Positions 48,350 to 62,023 are shown, counted from the stretch's first letter. The stretch: 64,000 nucleotides of DNA from an uncultured bacterium (GCA_965232985.1 CBDDRC010000012.1:140134-204133), one strand, 5' to 3'. Notes: a model not told the origin generated them from the letters alone. Program-made: numbers and translations.

Positions 48350-49825
48350 TCAGGGCAAACGAGTGAGCGTCGCGTTTTGTAGTACGTCCGCGAGCGGTTC
48401 TGGCCAGATGCCGATGCAGAACACGGCAAGCAGTGCCGCCGCGACGGCGATTCCGCCCATCCGTTCGACGCATATTTTGCCGAGACCCGGCTCGGCAGGC
48501 TGGTAGATCGCGGCGATGACGCGCAGGTAGTAATAAAGCCCCATGGCACTGCCAATCACCACCATCAGCAGCAGCCCCCACAAGCCGGCCGACGCACCGG
48601 CAGTGATGACATAAAACTTGCCGAGGAAACCGGCAGTGAGCGGAATGCCGGCCAGTGACAACAGCATCACGGTGAGTACGACAGCGAGGAAGGGCGAGCG
48701 CGCAGCAAGCCCGCGCACCGCGCCCAGGGTGTCAGCATCGCGATCCTCGTTATTGTTGTTGCCATGACGCGACAACAGGCTCAGCACACCGAAGGCGCCA
48801 ATCGTGGTGGCGACATAAGCCGTGAGGTACATGCCCGCTGCTTCGCGTGCCAACTGGCCGCCGACCACGATGGCGATCAGCAGATAGCCGAAGTGAGCGA
48901 TCGACGACGCGGCGAGCAGCCGCTTGAGATTGTCCTGGCGCAGTGCGAGCAGGTTGCCCACCAGGATCGATACAACGGCAACGGTGGCGAGCACGGTTAG
49001 CAGGCTATCGGCTGCATCGCTTGGATACATGCGCAAGACACCGCTTTCTTCCAGCAGTCGCAACAGCACGGCCACCACGGCGACCTTGCTGACCGTCGCC
49101 AGGAATGCGCCTACCGGCGCGGGCGCGCCTTCATAGACATCCAGCGTCCACTGATGAAAAGGTGCGAGCGAGAGTTTGAAGGCGATGCCGACCAGCATCA
49201 GCGTCAACCCGGCTTGTGCGAGCCAGGCGTCGGCTGTGTAGCCTGAGGTGAACTGCGTGGCAATGCCGGCGAAATCGAGTCGGCCGGACTGGGCATACAA
49301 GAAGGCCATCCCGAACAACAGGAACGCAGTCGCAGTGGCTGACAACACGAGATATTTGGTCGCGCTTTCCAGCGGCCGACGCTGCATGAACAGATAGCCG
49401 GCCATGCCGTAAAGTGGCACGGTCATCAGTTCCAGACCGACAAAGAAACTGGCCATGTGGCGACTGACCACCAGCATCAGCGCACCGTTTACTGACAGCG
49501 TCAGCAGCAGATACATCTCTTCGCGGTTGCCGGCAAAATTTTTCAGGTAGCCCCACAGCAGCAGCGTTGTAGCGATCGCAGCAGCGAGGATCAGCCCGGT
49601 ATAGAAGAGGGCCTGGCCGTCGACGATGAATAGTGCCGTTACCGCTTGCGGACCGACGCTGGCAGCATAGGGAATCGAAACCAGCGTCGCCGCAAGACCG
49701 AGCACCGTGGTGGCGGCAATCGTTGCGTGACAGCGGCGAATGGCAGTGAGGCCCATCACTACCAGAATGAGAATGCTGCTGAGCAGTTGTGGCAGCAGGG
49801 CGATGAACTGGTCTTGGTTGATCAT
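48350..49825 (-). CDS. nuoN: NADH-quinone oxidoreductase subunit N
   Basis: ESATKYL, FKLSLAPFHQW..DVYEGAP, LSLAGIP..GF.GK. Confidence 0.95.
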   Translation of the reverse strand: MINQDQFIALLPQLLSSILILVVMGLTAIRRCHATIAATTVLGLAATLVSIPYAASVGPQAVTALFIVDGQALFYTGLILAAAIATTLLLWGYLKNFAGNREEMYLLLTLSVNGALMLVVSRHMASFFVGLELMTVPLYGMAGYLFMQRRPLESATKYLVLSATATAFLLFGMAFLYAQSGRLDFAGIATQFTSGYTADAWLAQAGLTLMLVGIAFKLSLAPFHQWTLDVYEGAPAPVGAFLATVSKVAVVAVLLRLLEESGVLRMYPSDAADSLLTVLATVAVVSILVGNLLALRQDNLKRLLAASSIAHFGYLLIAIVVGGQLAREAAGMYLTAYVATTIGAFGVLSLLSRHGNNNNEDRDADTLGAVRGLAARSPFLAVVLTVMLLSLAGIPLTAGFLGKFYVITAGASAGLWGLLLMVVIGSAMGLYYYLRVIAAIYQPAEPGLGKICVERMGGIAVAAALLAVFCIGIWPEPLADVLQNATLTRLP

Positions 49826-51306
49826 TGCGCAATGCTCAGGGCGGCGACTGACGCGGTAAGGTCGAGGGTCGGTTGCGGATAAAGACCGAGCCCGAGCAGC
49901 AACGCCGCCAGACAGAACAGGATCACGGCTTCACGTCGGGTTGGCTCGGCAAGTTGCGCAGCTGTTTTCGCCGGGCCCAGGAACACCCGATGTATCAGCG
50001 CCAGCGCATAGACGGCGGCCAACACCATGCCGATGGTTGCGGCTGCGGTGAGATAAGCATGGGTCTGCCAGGCGCCGAACAACACCAGGAACTCGCCGAC
50101 AAAGTTGCCAAGCCCCGGCAGGCCCAGTGTTGCCGCGCCGAAGAACAGGGCGAAGGCCGGAATCAGCGCCAGGCGCGACCACAAGCCACCCAGCAGTGCC
50201 GTCTCGAAAGTGCCGGTGCGTTCATGCACCTGACCGGCAATCACGAACAGGGCGGCGGTAGAGAGTGCGCCGGCGAGCATCAGGATGATGACTCCCTGCA
50301 CGGCGATGATGTTGAACGCATAGATGCCGATCAGCACGAAGCCCATGTGCGAAATGCTGGTATAGGCAATCAGGCGCTTGGTGTGCGTTTGCGCAAAGGC
50401 AAGCACGCCACCGTAGATGATGCTGATTACGCCGAGTGTCATCGCGATGAGGGCGAAATCCTGCGACGCTTCCGGGAACAGCGGCAGAGTGAAGCGCAAC
50501 AGGCCGAAGGCTGCCGTTTTCAGCAGCAGGCCGGTGATGTCGACCGAGCCGGCCGTTGGCGAGGCGGCGTGCGCATCGGCCAGCCAGCCATGCAGAGGCA
50601 CCACCGGCAGTTTCACCGCGAAGGCGACGAAGAAGCCGAGCATCAGCATGAACTGCACAGTGGAGTCCATGGTGGTGCCGCGCAGGGCATCGAGATCGAA
50701 AGTCCAGTTGCCGGTTGCAGCGCGGTGCGCAAGCACCAGGCCAATGATCGACAAGAGCATCAACAGGCCGCCGCCTTGCGTGTAGATGAAAAACTTGGTC
50801 GCTGCCTGCGCGCGGGTCGGGCCTGCCGGCATGTCGCGGCCCCAGACGATGATGAGAAAGTACATCGGCACCAGCATCACTTCCCAAAACACGAAGAACA
50901 GGAAGAGATCGATGGCAAGGAACACGCCCACGACGCCGGCAAGAATCCACAACAGATTGAGGTGAAACAGCCCGGTGCGCTGAGTGACTTCCTTCCAGCT
51001 CGCCAGCACAGCGACCGCGCCGAGGATGCCGGTGAGCAAAATCATCACCAGACCAAGGCCGTCGAGCGCGAGGTGGAAAGAAATACCGAAGCGCGCAATC
51101 CAGGGGGCACGGAATTCCGCAAACCAGTGCGGCTCACCCGCGTTGTAGGTAAAGCTGCCGTTCAGCCACAGGCCGACACTGACGGCAACGAGCAGCAACG
51201 AACTGGCCAGGGCAATATGCCGTGGCGCGTCCTTGCCGGCGCGTTCCATCTGCCAGGCGAGCAGCCCGCCCAGGAAGGGGATGAGAAGAAGCCAGATGAG
51301 CGTCAT
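49822..51306 (-). CDS. nuoM: NADH-quinone oxidoreductase subunit M
   Basis: FFVFWEVMLVPMYFLI, VKLPVVPLHGWL, AYTSISHMGF, LPGLGNFVGE. Confidence 0.96.
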   Translation of the reverse strand: MTLIWLLLIPFLGGLLAWQMERAGKDAPRHIALASSLLLVAVSVGLWLNGSFTYNAGEPHWFAEFRAPWIARFGISFHLALDGLGLVMILLTGILGAVAVLASWKEVTQRTGLFHLNLLWILAGVVGVFLAIDLFLFFVFWEVMLVPMYFLIIVWGRDMPAGPTRAQAATKFFIYTQGGGLLMLLSIIGLVLAHRAATGNWTFDLDALRGTTMDSTVQFMLMLGFFVAFAVKLPVVPLHGWLADAHAASPTAGSVDITGLLLKTAAFGLLRFTLPLFPEASQDFALIAMTLGVISIIYGGVLAFAQTHTKRLIAYTSISHMGFVLIGIYAFNIIAVQGVIILMLAGALSTAALFVIAGQVHERTGTFETALLGGLWSRLALIPAFALFFGAATLGLPGLGNFVGEFLVLFGAWQTHAYLTAAATIGMVLAAVYALALIHRVFLGPAKTAAQLAEPTRREAVILFCLAALLLGLGLYPQPTLDLTASVAALSIAQ

Positions 51307-51318
51307 GAAATTTCCCGG

Positions 51319-53199
51319 TTACGCGAGGGCCAGCATGCAGAGCAACAGCGCCGCGCCGATGCCGATAAAGGCGGCGTACCAGCGAATCTGGCCGTTCTGC
51401 ATGGCGACAAATATGGTGTTGGCACGCAGCGCCAACACGCCAATCAGGTTGGCTGCATCGTTGATGCCATCCTGGCGGCCCGGCCGGGCAATGGCGCGGA
51501 AGGGGCGCACAAAGAGGAAGTCGTAGAGCCAGTCGAAGCCCCAGGCCGCACGCCACCAGGCTGAGAAAAAGCGGCCGATTGCCGAGTTGGCAAGTTCGGT
51601 GACCCGTTTGCGATCGCCCAGAAACAGCCAGGCGGCGAGGAGAATGCCGATAAGCGCGACGGCGCCGGAGAGTATCGCGACCTGGTGTTGCGGTTCGCTG
51701 CCTTGTGTAGCGGCATCAGGTGCGAGATCACCGGGGCTGACGGGCAATACGCCTGCCAGCGGCGGATGGATCAGCGCGCCGATGCTGGTGGAGAGCACCA
51801 GCAACACGCCAAGCGGCAGGTAGTGGGCAATGCCGTGACCGGCGTGCGCATCGGTTTTCGTCTCGCCGTGGAAAACGATGAAGATCAGGCGGAATGTGTA
51901 CAGCGAGGTCAGGAGCGCGCCGATAAGGCCGGCCCACAGCAGCGGTTCGTTGCCGCTGGCGAAAGCTTCCCAGAGAATTTCGTCCTTTGAGTAAAAGCCG
52001 GCAGTCACCAATGGCAGCGCTGCCAGTGCCGCACCGCCGACAAGAAAGCAGGCATAAATGAAGGGCAGTTTTTTGCGCAGGCCGCCCATGCGGAAAATAT
52101 CCTGCTCGTGGTGCGTGGCAATGATCACCGCGCCAGCGGCAAGGAACAGCAGGGCTTTGAAGAAAGCATGCGTCATCAGATGGAAAATGGCTGCGCTCCA
52201 GGCGCCAACGCCCAGCGCCAGAAACATGTAACCGATCTGGCTCATGGTCGAATAGGCGAGAATGCGCTTGATGTCGGTTTGCGCCAGCGCGGCGAAACCG
52301 GCGAGCAGCAGCGTGAGCGCGCCGACGATGCCGACCAGGTGCAGCACGTTCGGCGCCAACTCGAAAATGCCGTGGGTACGCGCAATGAGGTAAACGCCGG
52401 CGGTCACCATCGTCGCCGCGTGGATCAGCGCCGACACCGGCGTTGGGCCGGCCATCGCATCGGCCAGCCAGGTTTGCAGCGGCAACTGCGCACTCTTGCC
52501 AACAGCGCCGCCAAGCAGCATCAGTGCCGCCAGTTGCGCCAGCGGATCACCGGCTTGCCAGGCAAGCGGTGCTTTTACCAGCAGTTCGGCAATGTTCAGC
52601 GTGCCGAAAGTTGCGAACAGAATGAACAGGCCGATGGCCATGAATACATCGCCGATGCGCGTGATGATGAAAGCTTTCACGGCAGCGTTGCCGTTGGCGG
52701 TTTCGCGATAGTAGAAGCCGATCAGCAGATAGGAACACAGGCCGACGCCTTCCCAGCCGAAGTACAGGAACAGCAGGTTATCGGCGAGTACCAGTATCAC
52801 CATGCTGGCGATGAACAGGTTCATGTAAGCGAAGAAGCGGCTGTAGCCTTCTTCGCCGCGCATGTACCAGGAGGCGAACAGGTGGATGAGGAAGCCAACG
52901 CCGGTGATGACGCCGAGCATGGTCAGCGACAGGCCATCGAGATGCAGGCCGATGGTCGGCGCAAGGCCACCGACCGAGAACCAGGTCCACAACGTCTGCG
53001 TGAAGATGCTGCCAGGCGGCTGCGTTGCGAGAAACTCAAGGCCGGCATACATCACGGTCAGCGCGGACAGGCCAATGGCACCGACGCCGATAACGGCGGC
53101 AATGTTTTCGGCCATCTGCCTGCGCGTTAATGCCGGGTACAGCGCCAGCAGCAACCAGCCGGCCAGCGGGAAAACAAAACTCAGATAAAGTTGGTTCAT
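51319..53199 (-). CDS. nuoL: NADH-quinone oxidoreductase subunit L
   Basis: [58 protein letters not shown]. Confidence 0.97.
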   Translation of the reverse strand: MNQLYLSFVFPLAGWLLLALYPALTRRQMAENIAAVIGVGAIGLSALTVMYAGLEFLATQPPGSIFTQTLWTWFSVGGLAPTIGLHLDGLSLTMLGVITGVGFLIHLFASWYMRGEEGYSRFFAYMNLFIASMVILVLADNLLFLYFGWEGVGLCSYLLIGFYYRETANGNAAVKAFIITRIGDVFMAIGLFILFATFGTLNIAELLVKAPLAWQAGDPLAQLAALMLLGGAVGKSAQLPLQTWLADAMAGPTPVSALIHAATMVTAGVYLIARTHGIFELAPNVLHLVGIVGALTLLLAGFAALAQTDIKRILAYSTMSQIGYMFLALGVGAWSAAIFHLMTHAFFKALLFLAAGAVIIATHHEQDIFRMGGLRKKLPFIYACFLVGGAALAALPLVTAGFYSKDEILWEAFASGNEPLLWAGLIGALLTSLYTFRLIFIVFHGETKTDAHAGHGIAHYLPLGVLLVLSTSIGALIHPPLAGVLPVSPGDLAPDAATQGSEPQHQVAILSGAVALIGILLAAWLFLGDRKRVTELANSAIGRFFSAWWRAAWGFDWLYDFLFVRPFRAIARPGRQDGINDAANLIGVLALRANTIFVAMQNGQIRWYAAFIGIGAALLLCMLALA

Positions 53200-53504
53200 C
53201 CGCGCATCTCGCTTGCAGCGTCGATATCCAGGGTATGGAAGCGACGATACAACTGGAAAACGATGGCCAGACCAATCGCGGCCTCGGAAGCCGCAAGCGC
53301 CAGGATCAGGATGAACATGACCTGGCCATCGGGTTGCCCCCAGCGTGCACCGGCGACAACGAAGGCAAGTGCGGCAGCATTCATCATGATTTCAAGGCAC
53401 ATCAGCACATAAAGAATGTTGCGCCGCACGAGCAGGCCGGCGAAGCCGGTTGCGAACAGGATGGTCGCAAGCGCAAGGCCATGTTCCATCGGTATTCCGT
53501 TCAT
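53196..53504 (-). CDS. nuoK: NADH-quinone oxidoreductase subunit K
   Basis: RRN...[21 protein letters not shown]. Confidence 0.96.
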   Translation of the reverse strand: MNGIPMEHGLALATILFATGFAGLLVRRNILYVLMCLEIMMNAAALAFVVAGARWGQPDGQVMFILILALAASEAAIGLAIVFQLYRRFHTLDIDAASEMRG

Positions 53505-53508
53505 GGCA

Positions 53509-54003
53509 TCACTCCTTCGGATCGTGCCGGCCGAGGTGCCAGGCCGCGACCATCGCGGCGAGCAACAGCATCGACACCAGTTCGACGATCAGGATGTACG
53601 GGCCGTAGAGTGCGACGCCGACCTGCTTTGCTGCCACGACCACATTGCCCGCAGGTACCGGCGACACGGGGATAACCATGCTCAACTGGAACAGCAATAC
53701 GGCCGACAGCAGCGCCGGCAGACGCCAGATACCCGGTGCAAGCCACTGCTGTTCCTGGCGAACGGTGTGTTCACCGAGATTGAGCATCATCACCACGAAC
53801 ACAAACAGCACCATGATGGCGCCGGCGTAGACGATCATTTCGAGAATGGCGGCGAACGGTGCACCGAGGGTGAAAAACACCATCGCAACCGCGAGCAGCG
53901 AGACCACGAGACACAGCAAGGCATGCACCGGGTTCTTGCCGGCGACGACACCGAATGTCGCAATCATGGCGACGACGGCAGCAGTATAAAAGGCAATTTC
54001 CAC
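53509..54003 (-). CDS. nuoJ: NADH-quinone oxidoreductase subunit J
   Basis: [25 protein letters not shown]. Confidence 0.96.
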   Translation of the reverse strand: MEIAFYTAAVVAMIATFGVVAGKNPVHALLCLVVSLLAVAMVFFTLGAPFAAILEMIVYAGAIMVLFVFVVMMLNLGEHTVRQEQQWLAPGIWRLPALLSAVLLFQLSMVIPVSPVPAGNVVVAAKQVGVALYGPYILIVELVSMLLLAAMVAAWHLGRHDPKE

Positions 54004-54026
54004 GTCGGTTGTCCTCGGGGGCGCGC

Positions 54027-54572
54027 TCAGGGCAACAGGCTTCTGACATTGATCGGTTCAGCTTCGTTGTTCGCCGCACCTTTCGGTTTACCGGCAATCG
54101 CAAGGCCCGCGACGCGGTAGAAATTGTAATCGGGATATTTGCCCGGGCCGCTGATCAGCAGGTCTTCCTTCTCATAGACGAGATCCTGACGCTTGTACTC
54201 GGCCATCTCGAAATCCGGCGTCAACTGGATGGCGGTGGTCGGGCAGGCTTCCTCGCACATGCCGCAAAAAATGCAGCGCGAAAAATTGATGCGGAAGAAT
54301 TCCGGATACCAGCGGCCGTCTTCGCCTTCGGCTTTCTGCAGCGAAATGCAGCCAACCGGGCAGGCGACTGCACACAGGTTGCAGGCAACGCAGCGCTCTT
54401 CGCCATCCGGGTCGCGCGTCAGCACGATGCGGCCACGGTAGCGTGGCGGCACATAGGTTTTCACTTCCGGGTACAGCAGCGTGTCGCGTTTGCGAAACCC
54501 GCGCATGAACACCATGTACATGCTGCGCAGCTGGCTGAAGGCGCCGATGAAGAAGTTGAGGATTGCTTTCAT
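54027..54572 (-). CDS. nuoI: NADH-quinone oxidoreductase subunit I
   Basis: [12 protein letters not shown] and [12 protein letters not shown] 2x[4Fe-4S] motifs. Confidence 0.97.
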   Translation of the reverse strand: MKAILNFFIGAFSQLRSMYMVFMRGFRKRDTLLYPEVKTYVPPRYRGRIVLTRDPDGEERCVACNLCAVACPVGCISLQKAEGEDGRWYPEFFRINFSRCIFCGMCEEACPTTAIQLTPDFEMAEYKRQDLVYEKEDLLISGPGKYPDYNFYRVAGLAIAGKPKGAANNEAEPINVRSLLP

Positions 54573-54600
54573 GTGCGTACGTTTTCCGAAAGTGGCAGCC

Positions 54601-55629
54601 TCAGGGTGCCGGCGTGCTGGTGTACAGCACCCAGGCGCCGGTCGCGAGCAGGTTCAGTACGGTCAGTGGCAGGCAGAACTTCCAGCCCAGCGCCATCAGC
54701 TGGTCGTAACGCGGCCGTGGCAGCGCCGCGCGCAGCAGGATGAACAGCATCACAAAAAATACGACCTTGCCGACGAACCAGAACACCGGCGGAATGAAAT
54801 CAAGGTAGGGGATGGCGAGCCAGCCGCCGAAAAACAGCGTGACGATCATCGCCGAAACAACGACAACGCCCACATACTCGCCAACGAAGAACATGCCCCA
54901 CTTCAGGCCGGAATATTCGGTGTGGTAGCCGGCCGCCAGTTCCTGCTCGGCTTCCGGCAGATCGAACGGGCTGCGGTGAGCGACGGCAACGCCGGCGAGC
55001 GAGAAGGTCAGGAAGCCGAGGAACTGCGGAATCACAAACCAACAGTTTTGTTGTGCCGCCACGATCTCACGCAGATTGAACGAGCCGGCCAGCACCACCA
55101 CACCCATGGCCGAGATGCCCATGAATACTTCATAGGTCAGGGTTTGTGCGGCCGAGCGCAGGGCGCCGAGCAGTGCGTATTTGTTGTTGCTCGACCAGCC
55201 GGCGAGCATCACCGCGTATACGCCGAGGCCGGCCATGGCGAGGAAAAACAGAATGCCGATATTCAGATCGGCAACGCCCCAGGTCGGCGTGATCGGTACC
55301 ACCAGCATGGCGATGAGCAGCGCACTCATCGCGATCATCGGCGCGATCCAGAACGTCAGCTTGTCGACAAAGGGCGGCGTCCAGTCTTCCTTCATGAACA
55401 TTTTGATCATGTCGGCGGCGAGCTGAAGAATACCGAAGGGGCCGACGCGATTCGGGCCGTGGCGGTCCTGCCACAGCGCGAGCACGCGGCGCTCGACGAA
55501 GCTGAGGAATGCGGCAGCAAATACCACTGCCAGCAGAATCACCACCGTTTTGATGAGCGCAATCAATACGGCAATGACCGTCGGCGTGAACCAGGCCAGC
55601 AGGGCGTCGTACAGTGCGGCAATATTCAT
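54601..55629 (-). CDS. nuoH: NADH-quinone oxidoreductase subunit H
   Basis: ERR...[28 protein letters not shown]. Confidence 0.97.
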   Translation of the reverse strand: MNIAALYDALLAWFTPTVIAVLIALIKTVVILLAVVFAAAFLSFVERRVLALWQDRHGPNRVGPFGILQLAADMIKMFMKEDWTPPFVDKLTFWIAPMIAMSALLIAMLVVPITPTWGVADLNIGILFFLAMAGLGVYAVMLAGWSSNNKYALLGALRSAAQTLTYEVFMGISAMGVVVLAGSFNLREIVAAQQNCWFVIPQFLGFLTFSLAGVAVAHRSPFDLPEAEQELAAGYHTEYSGLKWGMFFVGEYVGVVVVSAMIVTLFFGGWLAIPYLDFIPPVFWFVGKVVFFVMLFILLRAALPRPRYDQLMALGWKFCLPLTVLNLLATGAWVLYTSTPAP

Positions 55630-58355
55630 GCGGCCACCGCCTTCGCCAGCGTCACACTCGTCGTGTCGGCGATCGGCGGCATGCCGGGCAGCCCGACTGG
55701 CAGCCCGGCAAGACCGATTGCCAGGGTCGCACTGATGCGTACCGGCAGATGGCAGATGGCGCCATTGATGCTGACGCGAACGGCTTCACCGTCGGCGATT
55801 GCGAGCCGCGTCGCGTCGGTGCTCGACAGCGTGATGCAGGCATCCGCTACTTGCGTGGCGATGGCATCGGAGCGTGTGGAAAGTTCCTCGCTGCCGTAGA
55901 TATGGTGCAGCGGCGCCACCCGCAGGGCCTCGTGACGTGGCACAAACGCGGCAGGAATATTTGCAGCATAGCTGCCTGCCGTTGCCGCCGGCTCGATCAG
56001 GCGCACACCGGCATCGCCGCCCTTGAGATGGCCGCCCACTTCATCCTGGAATTTGTTCCAGGATTGCGGCGAATTCCAGCCCGGGCTCCAGGCAAACGGC
56101 GTGATCGGCCCGGGTTCCAGCGGGCCCACATAGCCTTCCATGGAGAACGCCAGCGGGCTGTCGTTATCCTGTGATGCCCGTGGTTCGTGCACGGAGATAT
56201 TGGCGCGCATTGCCGTGCGGCCGCTGTAGCGACGCGGTTCACGGGCGATTTTCAGGCCGTTGATACGGAACGTTGCCGCCGGTGCGGCATCGACAATAGC
56301 GGCCAGCGCCGGAATCTGTGCGGCGCATTCGTGCGTGGCGTCGTCCAGTGTCGACCAGTCGACGGCGACATCGCGGCGTGCGCAATCGATGGCGTGCAGC
56401 CAGCGCCAGCTTTCGTGGAGACGGATTGCCGGGTCGTAGTAGGAGGGATCAAAGACACGGTAGAAACGCTGCGCTCGCCCTTCGTTGCTCAGCAGTGTGC
56501 CGTCGCCTTCGGCGAATGATGCGGCAGACAGCACGACGCTGGCCTTGTCGGTGACGGCAGTGTGCTGGTGATCGACAACAATGACACTGCGGGCGGCGTT
56601 GAGTGCACCATCAACCGTGGCGGCATCGAGCCGGCGATAGAGGTCATTCTCCAGCACGATCACTGCGTCAGCCTCGTGGCGCGTGATTGCTGCGAGCGCA
56701 TCTTCAAGCGGCAGGCCATCAATCAGCGCCACGCCGAGGCTGTTCACTTCCGGTAGCGCCAGGGTGATGCCGGCGTCATTTTTCCCGCCGGCAAGCAGGG
56801 CGCGGGCCACATTGCCGGCGGCGGCAATCACCGCTTCGTTGCCGGCGCCGGTGCCGGAAACGATCAAGGGTTTCTTTGCAGCGAGCAGGGCAGCGGCGAT
56901 GCGTTGCGCAAGGGCTGCGGTGCCGGCGGCAAGACCGGTAACGGCAGGTGCTTGCGGATCAATCGCGTGCGCTACGGCAAAGCCGAGGCGGGCGATGTCT
57001 TCCGGCGCCGCGCGGAGCGTTTCGGCGGCGATGTCATCCAGGCGCGTGACCTCGACGGCAGCGATAAACACCGGGCTCAAGTTGCGCTGACCAATATCCT
57101 GAATGGCATAAGCCTGCCATTCGGCAACCTTGCGGGCAGCAGCGTCGGTTTTTGCCTTTTGCTTTGCCGATTGGCGCAGTGCCAGGGCAATGCGCGGTGC
57201 CGTCTGCGTTACGTCTTCGCCCAGCACCAGCACGGCATCGAACTGTTCGATTTCACGCAGGCTCGGGGTGCGCACGCCGCTGTGCCGCAGCGTATCGCGA
57301 GCGCAGCGCAGCAGGGCGAGATCGGCGGCGCTGACCCCGACGCTGAAGTTGTCGGCGCCGACCAGTGCGCGCAACGCGGCATTTGCTTCCAGGGTGGCCC
57401 GCGGCGAGCCAATGCCGACAATCCGGCGCGCCAGTTTCAGTTCGGCGGCGGCAACAGCCACGGTTTCATCGACCGTCGCGGCAACCAGTTGGCCGTCGCG
57501 GCGCAGCAAGGGTTGACGCGGCCGATCCTTGCGGTTGACGAAGCCATAACCGAAGCGGCCGCGATCACAAAGAAAATAATGGTTCACCGCGCCGTTGTAG
57601 CGGTTTTCGATGCGGCGCAGTTCGCCGTAGCGCTCGCCCGGCGAAATGTTGCAACCGACCGAGCAGCCCTGGCAGACGCTGGGCGCGAACTGCATGTCCC
57701 ATTTGCGGTTGTAGCGCGAGGCGTGGGTTTTGTCAGTGAACACACCGGTCGGGCAAACTTCGGTGAGGTTGCCGGAAAATTCGCTTTCCAGTTTGCCATC
57801 GGCAGTACGGCCGAAATAAACATTGTCGTGGGCGCCGAACACGCCCAGATCGGTGCCGCCGGCGTAATCCTTGTAATAGCGCACGCAGCGATAGCAGGCG
57901 ATGCAGCGGTTCATCTCATGGTTGATAAACGGGCCAAGATCCTGATTTTGGTGCGTGCGCTTGGTGAAGCGGTATTCGCGCGAAGCATGGCCGGTCAGCA
58001 CCGTCATGTCTTGCAGATGGCAGTGGCCGCCTTCCTCGCACACCGGGCAATCGTGCGGGTGGTTGGTCATCAGCCACTCGATCACCGAGGCGCGGAAATC
58101 TTTCGCTTCGGTATCGGTCACCGCGATGATGGTGCCGTTGGTGGCCGGCGTCATGCAGGACATGACGAGGCGGCCGCGCTTGTCGTCGGCGTTGGCGTAC
58201 TGCTTCACCGCGCACTGGCGGCAGGCGCCAACCGAGCCCAGCGCCGGGTGCCAGCAAAAGTAGGGGATGTCGATGCCGAGCGACAGGCAGGCCTGCAGCA
58301 GGTTGTCGCTGCCGTCGACTTCGTATTGCTTGCCGTCTACGTGGATGGTTGCCAT
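55626..58355 (-). CDS. nuoG: NADH-quinone oxidoreductase subunit G
   Basis: [49 protein letters not shown] (N7 cluster). Confidence 0.97.
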   Translation of the reverse strand: MATIHVDGKQYEVDGSDNLLQACLSLGIDIPYFCWHPALGSVGACRQCAVKQYANADDKRGRLVMSCMTPATNGTIIAVTDTEAKDFRASVIEWLMTNHPHDCPVCEEGGHCHLQDMTVLTGHASREYRFTKRTHQNQDLGPFINHEMNRCIACYRCVRYYKDYAGGTDLGVFGAHDNVYFGRTADGKLESEFSGNLTEVCPTGVFTDKTHASRYNRKWDMQFAPSVCQGCSVGCNISPGERYGELRRIENRYNGAVNHYFLCDRGRFGYGFVNRKDRPRQPLLRRDGQLVAATVDETVAVAAAELKLARRIVGIGSPRATLEANAALRALVGADNFSVGVSAADLALLRCARDTLRHSGVRTPSLREIEQFDAVLVLGEDVTQTAPRIALALRQSAKQKAKTDAAARKVAEWQAYAIQDIGQRNLSPVFIAAVEVTRLDDIAAETLRAAPEDIARLGFAVAHAIDPQAPAVTGLAAGTAALAQRIAAALLAAKKPLIVSGTGAGNEAVIAAAGNVARALLAGGKNDAGITLALPEVNSLGVALIDGLPLEDALAAITRHEADAVIVLENDLYRRLDAATVDGALNAARSVIVVDHQHTAVTDKASVVLSAASFAEGDGTLLSNEGRAQRFYRVFDPSYYDPAIRLHESWRWLHAIDCARRDVAVDWSTLDDATHECAAQIPALAAIVDAAPAATFRINGLKIAREPRRYSGRTAMRANISVHEPRASQDNDSPLAFSMEGYVGPLEPGPITPFAWSPGWNSPQSWNKFQDEVGGHLKGGDAGVRLIEPAATAGSYAANIPAAFVPRHEALRVAPLHHIYGSEELSTRSDAIATQVADACITLSSTDATRLAIADGEAVRVSINGAICHLPVRISATLAIGLAGLPVGLPGMPPIADTTSVTLAKAVAA

Positions 58356-58372
58356 GGCCAATGTTTTCCGGA

Positions 58373-59692
58373 TTAGCTCACCGCAGTCGTCGGGATCTGC
58401 GCAGGGATGCCGCGCTGGAATTCGTCGCGGAAAAATTTCAATGCGCTCTGCAGCGGTTCCATCGCGCCCGGCGCGTGTGCGCAAAAGGTTTTGCCGGGGC
58501 CCAGATCGCGGGTCATTTTCTGCAAAAATTCGATATCGCCCGGCTTGCCCTGATTTTTCTCGATGGCGCGCAGAACCTTCACCGTCCACGGCAGGCCGTC
58601 GCGGCAAGGTGTGCACCAGCCACAGGATTCACGCGCGAAAAACTCTTCCAGATTGCGCACCACCGACACCATGTTCTGCCGGTCGTCGATGGCCATCATC
58701 AGGCCGGTGCCCATGCGGCTGCCGTTCTTCATGATGGTGTCGAAATCCATGGCCAGATCAAGCTGTTCGGGCATCAGGAAATCCGTGGAGGCACCGCCTG
58801 GCAGCCAGCATTTCAGCTGCAGGCCATCGGCCATGCCGCCGGCATGTACTTCGAGGATCTCGCGGGCACTGGTGCCGATCGGCAATTCCCACACGCCGGT
58901 GCGTTTGGTGCGGCCGGACATGCCGTACAGCTTGGTGCCGCCGTCCGGTGACTTGCCCTGCGAAAGCCCGCGGAACCATTCGCCACCGTGCAACAGGATG
59001 TGCGGCACGTTGCACAGCGTTTCGACGTTGTTGACGATGGTCGGCTTGCCCCAGGCGCCGGCGATCTGCGGAAAAGGTGGTTTGGCGCGCGGGGTGGCGC
59101 GCCGGCCTTCCAGTGAGTTGATCAGCGCTGTTTCTTCGCCGCAGATGTAACGGCCGGCGCCGGTGTGCACATACAACTCGAAATCCCAGCCGGTGCCGAG
59201 CACGTTCCTGCCGATGTAACCGGCGGCTTTCGCTTCGGCGATGGCCTTGTTCAGGCGCTCGGCGGCGACGATGTATTCGCCGCGCAGAAAAATATAGCCA
59301 CGGTATGCCTGAATCGCATAGGCCGAGAGGATCATCGCCTCGATCAGCTGGTGCGGCAGTTGCTCCATCAGCAGGCGATCCTTGAAGGTGCCCGGTTCCA
59401 TTTCATCGGCATTGCAGACGAGGTACTTCTTGCCTGCGTCCGGCCCCATCGGGATCAGCGACCACTTCACGCCGGTGGGAAAGCCCGCGCCGCCACGGCC
59501 GCGCAGGTTGGAATCCTTGACCGCTTTCTGGATCTCGGCCGGCGGCAGTTCCTTGAGTGCCCGGCGCAGCGCGGCATAGCCTGCCTGCGCTTCATACGCT
59601 TGCAGATCGTGCGGCGAACGGTCGTCGCGCAGGCGCCAGGTAAGCGGGTGGGTTTCGGCTGATTTCGCCGCCGACAGTTGCACGGCAATCAT
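58373..59692 (-). CDS. nuoF: NADH-quinone oxidoreductase subunit F
   Basis: [41 protein letters not shown]. Confidence 0.97.
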   Translation of the reverse strand: MIAVQLSAAKSAETHPLTWRLRDDRSPHDLQAYEAQAGYAALRRALKELPPAEIQKAVKDSNLRGRGGAGFPTGVKWSLIPMGPDAGKKYLVCNADEMEPGTFKDRLLMEQLPHQLIEAMILSAYAIQAYRGYIFLRGEYIVAAERLNKAIAEAKAAGYIGRNVLGTGWDFELYVHTGAGRYICGEETALINSLEGRRATPRAKPPFPQIAGAWGKPTIVNNVETLCNVPHILLHGGEWFRGLSQGKSPDGGTKLYGMSGRTKRTGVWELPIGTSAREILEVHAGGMADGLQLKCWLPGGASTDFLMPEQLDLAMDFDTIMKNGSRMGTGLMMAIDDRQNMVSVVRNLEEFFARESCGWCTPCRDGLPWTVKVLRAIEKNQGKPGDIEFLQKMTRDLGPGKTFCAHAPGAMEPLQSALKFFRDEFQRGIPAQIPTTAVS

Positions 59693-60246
59693 TTGTACTG
59701 CTCCAGCAAGCCGGCGACATCGGCCGGCGCCACCGGGCCGTGGGTATCGTCGTCGATCATCAGGGTCGGGCCTTTGTCGCAGTTGCCCAGACAACAGATC
59801 GGCAGCAGCGTGTAGCGACCGTCGGGGGTTGTCTGGCCGTACTCAATGCCGAGCTGCTTGTGCATTTCGTCTTTCACTGCGTCATAGCCGGTGAGGAAGC
59901 AACCGATGCTGTCGCATACCGAGATGACGTGCCGGCCAACCGGCTGGCGATAGATGCGGTTATAAAAAGTGGCGACACCGTCGACATCCGCCGCCGGAAT
60001 GCCGAGTACGGCGGCGATGGCGTCTATCGCCGCATCACTGACCCAGCCGCGCGTGTTCTGCACGGTTTTCAGCGCATCGATGGTTGCGGCACGGGCATCT
60101 TCGTAATGCGCCATGGCGTGCCCGATTGCGTGGCGCTCAGCGTCAGACAAGACAAAATTGTCGCGCGGCATGGCGCCTTGTTCAGGCTGGTTTTTCCCAT
60201 TGCAGGTTTTCGGGCCACCTGCACAGCCACTCTTAGCGGTCGACAT
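59689..60246 (-). CDS. nuoE: NADH-quinone oxidoreductase subunit E
   Basis: [21 protein letters not shown]; exact start uncertain. Confidence 0.94.
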   Translation of the reverse strand: MSTAKSGCAGGPKTCNGKNQPEQGAMPRDNFVLSDAERHAIGHAMAHYEDARAATIDALKTVQNTRGWVSDAAIDAIAAVLGIPAADVDGVATFYNRIYRQPVGRHVISVCDSIGCFLTGYDAVKDEMHKQLGIEYGQTTPDGRYTLLPICCLGNCDKGPTLMIDDDTHGPVAPADVAGLLEQYK

Positions 60247-62023
60247 CGGCCATCACGAAATCAATACTGGCGAGATAGGCGATCAAATCCGGGATCAAGG
60301 CGCCGCGGATCACGGACGGGATCTGTTGCAGGTGCGCGAAGCTCGGCGTCCGGATGCGCGTGCGATAACTCATGGTCGATGCATCCGACGTCAGGTAGTA
60401 ACTGTTGATGCCCTTGGTTGCCTCGACCATCACACAGGCTTCACCTGCGGGCATAACCGGCCCCCAGGAAACACCAAGGAAGTGCGTGATCAGTGTCTCG
60501 ATATCCTTGAGCGTGCGTTCTTTCGGTGGCGGGCAGGTGAGCGGGTGGTCGGCCTTGTACGGGCCGGCCGGCATGTTCTTCAGGCATTGCTCGATGATGC
60601 GCAGGCTCTGGCGAATTTCCTCGACGCGCACCAGGCAGCGGTCGTAGGCATCGCCGTTGTGCGCCAGTGGCACCTCGAATTCGAAATTTTCGTAGCCGCA
60701 GTACGGGCGCGCCTTGCGCAAATCGAAATCGACGCCGGTGGCGCGCAGGCTGGGCCCGGTGACGCCCCAGGCCAGCGCTTCGTCCTTGTTGTACTGGGCG
60801 ACGTCGATGCAACGCGCTTTCAGGATGCTGTTTTTCAGCGCCGCACCTTCGTATTCCTTCAGGCGTTTTGGCAGCCACTTGATGAGATCGCCAACGAGCC
60901 TTTCCCAGCCGTTCGGTAAATCGTGCGCGACACCGCCAATGCGGAACCAGGCCGGGTGCATGCGGAAGCCGGTAATGGCTTCAATGATGTCGTAGACCTT
61001 CTGGCGATCGGTAAAGATCACGAAGATCGGCGTCATCGCGCCGATGTCCTGGATGTAGGTGCCAAGAAACAACAGATGGCTGTTGATGCGGAACAGTTCG
61101 GTGAGCATCACGCGGATGGTGTTCACGCGATCAGGCACGGTAATGCCGGCAAGCTTTTCCACTGCCATCACATATGGCAGGTTATTCATCACGCCGCCGA
61201 GATAATCGACGCGATCGGTGTACGGGATGTACGAGTGCCAAGTCTGGCGCTCGCCCATTTTTTCCGCGCCGCGATGGTGGTAGCCGATATCCGGAACGCA
61301 GTCGATGATCTCCTCGCCATCCAGTTGCAACACGATGCGGAAGGCGCCATGTGCGGACGGGTGGTTCGGGCCGAGGTTGAGGAACATGTAGTCCTCGTCG
61401 CCGGTGCCGCGTTTCATGCCCCATTCTTCCGGGTTGAAGCGCAGTGCTTCCTGCGCGGCATCCTGTTTGGCCGCATCCAGCATGAACGGATCGAACTCGG
61501 TGGCGCGCGCCGGATAATCCTTGCGCAGCGGATGACCTTGCCAGTTGCGCGGCAACAGGATGCGGAAGAGGTGCGGGTGGCCTGCGAAATGAATGCCGAA
61601 GAGATCGTAGACCTCGCGCTCGTACCAGTCGGCATTCGGCCAGATATCGCGCGCGGTCGGGATGTTCAGGTCGGCGGCGCCGAGCGCGACTTTGATCCGC
61701 ACATCGCCGGCCCCTTTGCCGAGCGCGCGATCAATCGACAGCAGGTGATAGAACACCGTGAAATCGCCCAGCGGCAGGCCGTCGCGTTTGGTGCGCAGCC
61801 GCTCGTCAACGGCAGACAGGTCGTAGAGCATCACGTAGGGTTGCGGCAGCGTGCGCAGGTAGCGCAGCACGTCGTTCACCTGCGCGCGCGGCACCCAGAG
61901 TGTCGGAATGTTGTCGAGGGTTTGCTGAAAGACGAAAGCTTCGGCGCCGAAACGCGCCGCGAGTTCGCGGACAACCTCGTGTTCGGCGCCGGCGAGCGGG
62001 ACGGCAACCGCAGCTTCGCTCAT
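60233..62023 (-). CDS. nuoC: NADH-quinone oxidoreductase fused subunit C/D
   Basis: [50 protein letters not shown] in one ORF. Confidence 0.97.
   Translation of the reverse strand: MSEAAVAVPLAGAEHEVVRELAARFGAEAFVFQQTLDNIPTLWVPRAQVNDVLRYLRTLPQPYVMLYDLSAVDERLRTKRDGLPLGDFTVFYHLLSIDRALGKGAGDVRIKVALGAADLNIPTARDIWPNADWYEREVYDLFGIHFAGHPHLFRILLPRNWQGHPLRKDYPARATEFDPFMLDAAKQDAAQEALRFNPEEWGMKRGTGDEDYMFLNLGPNHPSAHGAFRIVLQLDGEEIIDCVPDIGYHHRGAEKMGERQTWHSYIPYTDRVDYLGGVMNNLPYVMAVEKLAGITVPDRVNTIRVMLTELFRINSHLLFLGTYIQDIGAMTPIFVIFTDRQKVYDIIEAITGFRMHPAWFRIGGVAHDLPNGWERLVGDLIKWLPKRLKEYEGAALKNSILKARCIDVAQYNKDEALAWGVTGPSLRATGVDFDLRKARPYCGYENFEFEVPLAHNGDAYDRCLVRVEEIRQSLRIIEQCLKNMPAGPYKADHPLTCPPPKERTLKDIETLITHFLGVSWGPVMPAGEACVMVEATKGINSYYLTSDASTMSYRTRIRTPSFAHLQQIPSVIRGALIPDLIAYLASIDFVMADVDR

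Noticed and set aside
60233-62023. NuoC-NuoD fusion
   Set aside because: This is the standard arrangement of the E. coli/Pseudomonas-type complex I.
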